From Bugula neritina (lineage: Eukaryota; Animalia; Bryozoa), in NCBI GenBank assembly GCA_964035545.1, contig OZ037767.1, forward strand, positions 19,980,628-20,044,627: a stretch of DNA of 64,000 nt, in the 5' to 3' direction. This document shows, piece after piece, positions 49,301 to 59,900 of the stretch. The translations under genes were made by a program, and so were the position numbers. The notes beneath the pieces were generated by a model. The model did no database searches and was not told the origin of the DNA. It saw nothing but the letters and a program-made list of their open reading frames with translations. Position 1 is the first letter of the stretch. The number at the start of each line of letters is the position of its first letter.

Positions 49301-49900
49301 TTTGGGCATCAATCTTGCCATTAGTCCACTCAGCTAGGAACTTGAGGTCTAGCCTATCGAGTCTCTCACTCTTCCACTCATTCTGGCCTACGGTGAAGGG
49401 CCTGTCTTCTACTACCATGCTACTCGCTCCCACAGAGTTAGTATCCTTTGCAAGCCTAGTATCATTAAGCATTTGGTTGAAGATGTCATACCGTGCTCTT
49501 GCTTTAATCGCTTCTGCGGATCTGTTTGGGTGCCTCACATGCAAAGCTCTTTACAGCTGTGCTTTGACTGGGTAAGCTAGTTCTAATTCTACCCAGTCGT
49601 AGGCTAAATCGACTAATTCATACCTTTTCCAAACAGTCCGGTTCTTGCCCTCTTCTACAACCTCCTGCTCTCGCCCAACTTTCTGAGAATACCACTCCGT
49701 GTGCACGCTTCTCTGATGTTGTGAACATCCTACTTTGGAAGGATAGCGGTTTGTACACTCAGGATATCTGCAGAGCCACTTTGGCACGCAAGCACATGAG
49801 TACATGCGCGAGGTTCCCGCCATCTCTTCCCCACACTCATCGCACCGGCCCCGGTGGTGGTGTTGTTGTTGTTGTGTCTGGTGTTTTTGATACTTGAAAA
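46366..49900 (-). mobile_element. Near full-length degraded R2-type element, lineage C
   Basis: N-terminal CRYPEC...HQRSVH finger, Myb-like region, RT (FWPITV, DVKKAFDSVSH, VKQGDPLS, MAFADD), CLTC..HILQTC, RHN, KPDL..D endonuclease, ~470-nt 3' UTR. Many frameshifts. Confidence 0.88.
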
Positions 49901-50529
49901 AGGGTTTCGACTCAGCAACTCTCCTGCGCCTCTTGGTGCTACAACTTCCCTTTTCCTAAACGCAACTTTGACTGTCCTTTGTTGATTGTCACATCCTTTC
50001 TTTTGCCGGTCCCTGCTGTTATAATCAAGTATCTGTGATTTGTGTTGAACAACCTCACACTGCCGAAGTAGGCTCAAATCAATACTTTTGTTAGGCATGA
50101 CACCTGTATAGCTCAAATAACAACTAAATAAAAGCTCACCTGGTGAGGAGCCATTGCTCCAAAAGCGCATCTCAATATGCATGCAGCATGAACTACAGCA
50201 TATACACATGCTTTAATTTGCGGTAAAACGAGTTCTGTGGATGCCTTCCTGACTACATTGATATATTTTTCCTGAATTTTGAGAAGAGAAAGTTATAAAA
50301 AAATTTCTGGTCTGGAACTTCAAACTATGTAAAAGCTTGTATTTCCTTCTGCTCTAACCACTTAGCCTAATTTCTGCTGACTTTTGGTGGAATGGAAACC
50401 TTTATTTCATGATCACAGACGGGTTCAAGTTTAAATAGAATTCGTACTATTCTAAACTGCAATTCCTCGCCTGTGTTTTCCTGTTCTACTGTTTGAAGTT
50501 ACTTTTGTATTCTCCATTTTAGGCATATT

Positions 50530-53190
50530 GTAGAGGATTTTTATGGTGAGACGAGTGATCTAACGTTGCCTCTACACAACTACTTGTGAGGGTTATTGTG
50601 ATAAATGTATGACTGTTTTAACGGTGATAAATAATTCAAACTGGAAACTAACTAAATTCCCGCTGTACGCAGGCTTGAAGTTGACCTTTGCGCAGTTGGC
50701 CTCTAAACAAAATAATAATTTCAAGTTGAAAAAATCAAAGTGAGACTGACAGCTGACAAATCTTAACTTTTCTTGACAGCTCCATAGATAGTAGCCACAT
50801 CGCCCGATTGTAGTTGCAATGTTGCTACTTTGTCGCAGTTCGTTCTGCCTGATCCAGCTTTTACCGGTGAGGCAGAAGAAGATAATTCTTCCACCGGCAC
50901 TACAGAAGAAGATAATTCATCTGTTGTTGAACTCTAAGGCAGATCCGTTTTTTTACAAATTTCTGGCTGACCGATTGGATTTATCTCTGAGAAATTTTCT
51001 GTATCTACTAGATCAGCAGAAGATTCTAGTTTTGTTACCACTAGAGTTGAAAGATGATCCAAACTCTTAGCACAGCGAGGTCAGGCGGTGATGAGCTATC
51101 TGATACATCACTGCCAGCAACAAGTTCTGCTTTAGTAAGCCCCCCCCATCTCGAACGTCCATCTACCGGCATTGCTTGCAATGATAGCAAGTCCTTCTGC
51201 TGAGACCATCAGTATTTCCATGGTGTATTCCCTTCCAATGTTAAATTTTGTATTGGAATTCTCCTAAGAACTCCAGCTACTTTGCTACTTGACATGAAAG
51301 TTCTTTCCTATGGTGCAGCCACAGCAAAGATGCATGATTAGTTCGAATTAGAAATTCTCAGCCATATAAATAAGGTCGAAAGTGCTTTACACACTTAATT
51401 ACAGCCAGAAGCTCTCGTCTGGTAACACGGTAATTACGTTCTAGTGGGGTGAATGTCTTACTATAATAGGATATCTATTGTTCTCCATTTTGAATCTTGG
51501 ACAAGACTCCACCAACACCGTCTGCGTCAAGAATATAGAAAGCTTAGGAACAGGGTATCCAAGCACGTGTGAGGCTACAAGAAATATTTTCAAACTATTA
51601 AATGTTTGTTTCCAATCTCGAGTTCAGCAAAAAAAATGGATGGAGATGTGAGGCGATTCAGTGGACTCACTAAAGATGAGCAATTCGGAACATATTGATG
51701 GTAATAGCCCGCTATTCCAAGGAATGGTCTCAGCCCTCAAACATATTTTGGAATAGGCTACTCACAAACATTTTTAATTTTTTCTGGGTTAGTAGACACA
51801 CCATCAAAACTATGTGCCCCAAATATTTTATTTTCTCTTTGAAAAACTCACATTTACTTGGCTTCAACTTGAAGCCAGCAGCTTGTAGGCGTTCAAAGAC
51901 TACACGTAACCTCTTAACTTGGGAGGCTAAACTATGATATCATCCAAATACAGCATAAGTGTTTTCCAATGTTAATCTCTCTTTACGGTTTCCATTAGAC
52001 GCCTAAAACAAGCTGGGACAGAAGCAAAACCAAATGGCAACAAACGTCATTACCACAACCCATTTCTAGTTGTGAAAGATGATTTATGTTGAGCATCTGC
52101 ATCAAGAGGAAGTTGCCAATATCCTGATATTAAATCTAAAGTACTAAACACTTTGCTTCCTGCTAACGAACCGGCTTTTCAGGGCCTGGCAAACTAACTC
52201 AAGGGTACTCCCTCTGCCACAATCGGTTGCTGCCCCTTCCAAAGCACCAATAAGGTGCAACAGAGCTTCTGCATCTGTCCATCCATTAGCCTCCTTTATT
52301 TTTTGAAATTGCTGGAGATACAACTCAACATCTCAGCCATCAAATTTCTGTAATCTGAAGTTATATCTCCTACCTCCACCTACTCGCAGTAAGTCAACTA
52401 ATCTATCCAATTGATTTCCTTTGAACTAGAGATGGAGTTTTTTGAAGTCTACCAGGAGGCATTATGAGAGAAATGCAAAGTAAAATTTAAAATATTCAAT
52501 TTAAAAAAACAAGAATCATATAACAACTTATCTTCAATAACCAATCCCACTGCTGCCACCAGTCTAGAGGATTTTTTTGGTAAAGCGAGTGATCTAACCT
52601 TGCCTCTACACAACTATTTATGGAGGGTATTGTGATGAGTGTATGACTACTGTTTTAACGGGGATAATCTGTCAAATACAGTATCAACTGGAGACAGCAA
52701 GAAAAGATTATTCTCTTGCTGCCACAACCTGCCTTTATTTATACCAGCCTACAATATAAAACTGGTTATGACGGAGATAAGCAGTTACAAACCAGGCAAC
52801 CGCAACTAGTAATGAATAATTAGTTACTTGCAACCAATAACTACACTGAGATTAACAGTGTAAGTTATTGTCAACCTTGGACTAATTATAAAAGCGGTGA
52901 GCAATTATAATTAGACAACCTCCTAGTAGACTGAATATTGCTGTAGGTTGAGTGTATTTCTGTGTTTTTAGTTATCACAATCAATTTACCATTGCATGTT
53001 CAGGTTATGTAAAAACAAAACTCACTTGGATATGCTTATGAGCATTTTGTTATCGGTAATTGAAAACACGACCACGCTCAAGTAACTCAAACTAGAAATT
53101 AACTAAATTTCAGGCTTGAAGTTGACTTTTACGCAGTTAGTCTCTAAACAAAATAATAACTCTTAATTGTAAAACTCAAAGTGACAGCAA
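50530..53190 (-). mobile_element. Internally deleted gypsy LTR retrotransposon with two diverged LTR-like repeats
   Basis: Direct repeats ~50530-50755 and ~52562-53190; PBS-like TGGTGGCAGCAG at ~52550-52561 (minus); RT FSTLDLISGYWQ..PFG and RNaseH remnants at 51300-52170. Confidence 0.75.
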
Positions 53191-53941
53191 ATACAATTTA
53201 ATCTAAATTTTATAATTATAAAAAACCTATAAAAAGTAAATAAGATATATATATATAAAGACAAATCCATGACAATATTTTGCTCATGCTGATATTGGCA
53301 GTTTAATCTTAATTTTTTTATAAAATTAAACTATTAGTCATTTTATTGTTGATCGGTTAAGCTACTGGTGATAGAATACATTCAAATCCTACTTAAAAGG
53401 ATGCATAGTTGACCTCTATGCAATGGATAGAATGTGATGTATTGCTCGTGACTTGAAAGCTAGTGAAAAAATGTTACGGAACTAAATTGAATTGTGTTGG
53501 GGTTCTTTCTTGTGCATGCTAACTGTACGACAACTTCACATTTTTGTTTTATTCTGGTATCATGAGACAGTACTACATTCATTATAAAGCAGGTAGTTAC
53601 TTCAATATAAAATGCTGCTTTGGTAAAATCTCTAACCATACTGATAGGATATGAATAAAGTTTAGAAAAGCAATTGCGATTTTTATGAAATTTTTTACCT
53701 AGAGAAAAATGTTTCTACACTCTGTATTTTAGCGTTATCTCTAATGCAATACTTAAAAGTGTATTTTTTGGCGAAGTAAGATGAAGTAAACAGCTTGACT
53801 ATTTTGCTCTATATTTTCAATTTACTTCAACTTAATTTTGACTAACGATAGGATCCTTAGATAGTTAATAGTGATCCCTAAGCATCATATTTATAAAGTT
53901 TGTTTATAACCAGTAACATTGATTGTGTTGGTGTTGTAGTC

Positions 53942-56900
53942 ATGGGGGTACGCTTACACTTTGCTAGGAATAAAACCACAGCACAGGAAATTATTCAGTC
54001 AGTTGAGCCAGAAAATAGAAAAGACCTTCTTTTATATATTGACAATAATCAACGCACAGCCTTACACGCAGCGGTTACTCATGGCAGAATTGATGTAGTG
54101 GAGTACCTCTGTAATTTTTTTCCCAAGAACAATGAATTAATATTAAAGAAGGATTGCTATGGATCGACTGCTTTACACTATGCTGAAGACGGCGAAGTTG
54201 CAAGAATACTTGTTGAATCAGTTACTCCAAATAAGCAAAGAGTTTTAGTATTTTCTGCTGACGATGATGACTGTACAGCTTTGCATAGGGCAGCCTTATT
54301 TGGTAGGAAAAACGTTGTACAGTATCTATGTAATTTATATACAATCAAGGATGAATTGATACTCAAAAAGTATAGTGTAGGTGGTACAGCATTGCACTGT
54401 GCTGAAAATAAAGAAATTGCAAAACTCCTTGTAGAATCACTTGTGCAAGAAAAGCAAAGAGAATTGCTGTTATCTGCTGACGAAGATCATTGGACAGCAT
54501 TGCATAGTGCCGCTCACTCTGGCAAAACAGACATAGTAGAATATTTTTGTAGCTTGCAACAAATTTCGGAAATGGTAGTGATGAAGGCTGACGATGGTAG
54601 GACTGCACTTCATCATGCTGACAATAAAAAGATAGCAGCACTATTGATAGGGTCTGTTGCACCAGAAGATCAAAGCAGTTTTGTATTTGCTGCTGACAAG
54701 TCTCTGAATGTAGCTGTGCATACAGCTGCTCATGCTTGTAGAACTGATGTCGTGAAATACTTTTGTCACCTTTTCTCTGATGAAATAATATATATGACAG
54801 AAATTGACGGTTGGACCACTCTACACTGTGCTGGAAATCGTGACATAGCTGAGTTTCTTGTAGAGTCAGTGTCACCAAATGAACGGCGCAGCTTTATATT
54901 GTCGACTGAAAAAGACGGTTTCACACCATTGCACACAGCCTCAATACTAGGAAAGGCTGATGTGGTGGGATACCTGTGCAGTGTCTTTCAAACTAATTAT
55001 GACCTAATATTTGCACAATCAGCTAACCGGTATACAGCGTTACATGTTTCACATAACAGACAAGTTGTTGAAAACATTTTCAGTTATGCAGGGTCTCCTT
55101 TGGTAAAAGTTATCCTGGCAGTAGAGGACGATAAAGGTAACACGCCTATTCTATCACTGACTAGGTTTGGGCGATACGATGCTTTGGCAAAGCTTTTGGA
55201 GTATGTGGAAGAAGATGCTGACCCATCCACTTTATTCATTCATTTACAAAAGCACAATAAACTTAATCAGAATATTTTACATCTAGCAGCTTTATCGCCA
55301 TCTCTCAAAGAGTTATATGATGTGTTACAAGATTACCTTCCCGGGATAGATATGAAAAGTATGATGTCTTCTGATATATATAACAACACCCCTATTCACT
55401 ATGTTGCTGCCAAATATGACACTGCAGTATTTACAGATTTCATGCTGCATCTTCCTTTGTCAAAAAGACAGCGTATCGCAAACTCACCAAACATGCAGCT
55501 CACTAACTGTAGAATGATTATTAATCAGAAAGCCTTTAAAGAGCCATTTTACATTCATGATGTGCTTTGTGATGAAGCAACAAATACCTTAGTATCCAGG
55601 TTTGCTGATGTCCATTTGCTCTTTAACGAAGATTGGGAACAGAAATTTCAGCAAACGAATGAAATCTACGTGTATGATGAAAATATTCTCAAAGTGCTAA
55701 AATATTCTCTGAACGAATACTCACTCTTGGATGCTGCTTACATCACATCACACACTTTGTTCTCTTTGGCGGTCGACGAGCAAAAGTCTATACAGTTTTA
55801 TGAAAAGCAGAAAAGCAAAGTAAGAATACTGTTTCTATTGGTATTTTAGTAATGTTGGTTGTGCCCCTCTTTTGTGGTATAAAAAGTTTTACGCTTAGAT
55901 GCTGCAAGCTTCTAACTGAAATTAAAATAAAACCTTTATTTCTGATTTTTATTATCACTGGGTGTCAAAGTATTTTCAATTTTATTTTATAGTTGGTATG
56001 TGCTTATTGGTGCACTCATACTGAACTGGGTAAAGCAAAACAGAAACTGTGATGTAGAGAACTAGTAAATAAATTTTCCTTACTAGTGTAATCCAAGCGT
56101 CGATTGTTTTTTGGAGCAGCTTGGTATTAAAATAAAGGCCATCGCCTTTTTTAAGCCCTTCTGGCGATCGTAGGGAAGTTTGTTTGCAAAGCGCTCATCG
56201 AGAATACAATGGTATAGTCTGCGAAAAGTAGCGGTTACAGTGATTGGTCTAAATTCTCCTGGATCAGTGGTGCCAATGACCTTTGGTATAAGTTTAGTAA
56301 TTCCCTTGGGTATGCTTGATGGTGACATACCGATTACCAGCCACAGGTTACAACATGAGACGAGTAGTGTCATGTTTATTTTCTTAAGATCTTTCCATGT
56401 GTATCCATCTAAGCCCGGGAAACCTTTGTTCTTTTTTCCTAAAACATCTTCAATTTCTGTTGGTGTGATTGGTTGCAATAGTTCATTATAAACATGCTGC
56501 GCTTCTAGATGTCGGTTGTCAGCTGTTTACCTATCCTCAAATCAATGACTGCAACTCTCAGGTTTCTCCCCTTCTTTTTTGCGTCCGTAATGCATCTCTG
56601 AAGAATCAAAGCGTTCATGAATATTCCATCTCCCTTACGGAATCCTTTCTGCCTTTGTGAGATAGGCAAGAGTCGCTCTAGCCTATTACCCAGAATGCTG
56701 TGGAACAACCTAGTGAAGACAGAACACACAGTAAAGGGTCTGTATTCACTAGGGTCCTGTGTATCCACAACTTTTGGAACCAGAGTTGTCCTACCTTCAC
56801 ATATAGTTGATGGCGTTTTTCCACACAGGAGCCACAGATTAAAGAACGAGGCTAGTTCCTCAGCTTTGGTGTTATTCTTCAATTTTTTCCATGTGAACCC

Positions 56901-59900
56901 GTCTGGGCCTGGTGCTCCCTTGTTCTTGACTGCAAGCGCTTGTTCTACTTCTTGGGCTACTATCGGCGCCAGTAGCTCGTTTAGTTGTGGATGCTTTTCA
57001 CTACATCTAGGCATAGTTTCATCAGGGGGTCCCCTCCCTAGAAGCCCCTCCCAATACGCTTCCGCGCCTTCCGGTAGACACCCATTGCTCTGCCCTAGTG
57101 TACCCAACAAAATTTGGTCCACTAGTCTTCCTGGATCTTTTCTAAATAGTTGTTGTGCCTTTCTATACATTCTTCTACATGTCTGGTTTTTACCCACCAG
57201 AATTCCCTCTGGGATGTTCTTCTTGTTCGTTTGTTGCTTCAGGGGGGGAAACCTCCTGATGAAAGTTCTGTCTAGATACTCCTGTGTAAGTTCAAGTGGT
57301 AGGTAATTTTCATTACCGGATATGTGGGTCTCATTGATCGCTTCCTTCAGGGCTTTTCTATAATCTCCTTGCTCATCGTGGGAAGGTGATGCACTTGCCA
57401 TCTCTTTATTCTGTTCGCTTTCCCTCTCCTCTAGTATTTCTTTGTACCTTGCATTTTTGTTTCTTACTCCTTTGATTGCTTCTATGGTGTGTTCCCTAAA
57501 TTTTTCCTGCAGACGAATGTTTATGTTAGATCTTCCTTCCTTTTCAAGCTGCACCTCTTCCCTGGCTAGTTGTATGAGCATCCCATTAGTCCATCTTACC
57601 TTCCTAGCTCCAGTCTTTGCTTCCTCGTGATGGTATCTTTCCGTGTGAGATCTCCTTAGATGCTGTGATAGCCCTGCTAACTTACCATACGCTGACTTAC
57701 ATATTACACATTGGTGGAAACCACAGATCGTACATAGCCATGGTTGTTCATTCTTCCATTCCGCGTATTTATTTATTTTTACCATTGATATCCTTTTATC
57801 TGTTCTGGTAATACACTTTACATTACCGCATTGTTCTAGCGGGCAATCCCCTTGATCACCAGTGGTAGTGGCCTCAGTGGAGGCTGCTTGTCGCCTAGTA
57901 ACTGGCATATCCACTGGGTTTAGAACTAACGATGTTGAAGCTAGTTAAGTGCTTTTAGTCGTCTGTTAGAATAACTATGTTCCTCCAGTAGGCTTCGGCC
58001 GTAGGTGGAATTGAGGCCTCCTCATCCTCATAAGTGCCAGAGATAATCTGTTGAGTGATTATCTTCGGATCCGATTTTAAACCATTTTGCACTTTCTCTA
58101 ATATATCTTTTCTCCTACCCGATGTCACCTTTTTTCTTTGATGTATCACTTTCATACCTTTTATTGGTGTTCCTTTACTGGGGAAGTTTGATTCAAATAC
58201 TTCATCTATAAAATTTTGGCATCCAATTAAAGTTTTAGGGTCTGTCAATAATACCATTTTACTACACATTAAGTCAAAGTCGATGTACCTTAGTATGAGT
58301 TTGAAGTCCGTATTTAGTGCCCCTTATCGAGTTGGAGTGTTGTTAGAGTCTTCTTCGTTTGTAGATGTCAACCTACCTCCACTTTCTTCTTTTCGGATGT
58401 TGTCCAGAATTTCTTTATACTGTGGATTCTTGTTCCTCACTCCCTTGATCTGCTCTATTGTATACATAGGTAGTTTGGTTTGTATACGTTGGTTGATGTT
58501 TCTTGCTCCTTCGAATTCTTTCTCCCATCTGGCTACCTCTGATAGGGTTTCGTAGTTTCATCGTTGCTTCTTTACAATTGGCACAGCTGCATGATAGAGT
58601 TCACTGTGTGCTCTCCTGAGATGGAGCGAGAGTCCTGCCTGTTTTCCGAATGTGTGTTTACATACAGAGCATGTAAACTGACCACAGCTTTCACACCTTA
58701 CAGGCATCGAGTCCTTGAACGAAATATACTGCATCAGGTGGTACGTTTCTGTTGATTTGCAAACCGGATTTGCACAAATTATATTAACTGCACCGCTATA
58801 TGTGAGCGGTGCCTGTGGTCGAAGGTTTGTCGCCATGTTAGGACAAAACTGGCCTGATGGTAAGCCGACTTATCACAATCCAGAGACAATACTCTGGAAG
58901 GTGATAAAGAGAGATGCAGGTTATCCTGGCCGTCAGTCATCTGTCCTCCGTTAGCCACTGGGAAGGTGTCCCAGGGTTACCGACTCTCACCACTAGGAGG
59001 TGGAGGTACAACCTTTGATGCAAGGATATAGCTGTGATCAGCAGCTATATCAGTTGACTCTAGCTTTATAATGAAAGTTATGTAACTTCTCTTGCACCCA
59101 TTAAGTTTCACAATCTCTGCACAATAATATTGCATAAGTTTTTTGTCTATCATTTGGGACAATGTACAAAATTTGTTAAATGCACATCTTGGTTACTTTG
59201 TGCTCAAATGAAAACTCAGAACTGCTTTAAAAAGATTTGCTTTCGAGTATGTACAATCTCTTTGTGATTACTTTTCATTAGGCACTAAACAGGGAAGAAG
59301 ATTCTATTTCAGTCTTCATAGACATTGGAAAAGTAGATGAGCCAATACACACATCTGTACAAAATTCACTCAATACTATGGATCTGCCTGAATATAATGG
59401 TAAACCTAAGGTATAGATGGCACTCAAGTTGCTTATAAAGAGAGAAATTTGAAGTTACCCAATGACTGCAAATGTCGAAAGTAACTTAAGCATTTTGCAC
59501 TTTTCTTGTAAAAACGCAGCCCTGGCATAGCACATGTATTAAGCAGCGTTATTGATGATGTCTTAAATGGCATGTGATCATGATTGCTGCTCTAGTGCTT
59601 TCGAAATATTGTTGACATTTGTAAGTCCATCATAGCTTTTCTAAAGCCCTTGTCAGAATTCTTACTAGAGATGTGACTATAAATGATTATACTTATAATT
59701 ATGCATTTGTTTAGCAGAAATTGATAGCTCCTAAAACTCGCTTTCTTATATTTCATCTAATTAAGTATAAATAATCTTTTTCTCTGTGTTTCTCCACATT
59801 TTATTGTCTATGCAGTTCACTTTCTTCTTGTCTGTATTTCAAAGAGTAAGTATCTTTCTTTTGATATTGTGTAGATTTAAGCTACCATAATATCTTTATC

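Larger units (their letters stand above)
56083..59011 (-). mobile_element. R2 lineage E 5' half (ribozyme, ZnF, Myb, RT start), split by a nested lineage F copy; lies in intron 1 of the ANK-caspase gene
   Basis: MATNLRPQ...CSVC..HLRRAH (58558-58836), AEAYWRNI (~57980) continuing as ..NELLQPITP..GFPGLDG..FRPITV..RQKG (56083-56530). Confidence 0.85.

Noticed and set aside
49900-50210. Ribozyme upstream of lineage C R2
   Set aside because: No CCUCCUCG-type L3/P3 core found; the 5' end appears to be lost.
56617-57306. 229-aa plus-strand ORF (also 45133-45534 and 29732-30160)
   Set aside because: Antisense shadows of R2 coding sequence with no recognisable domain.
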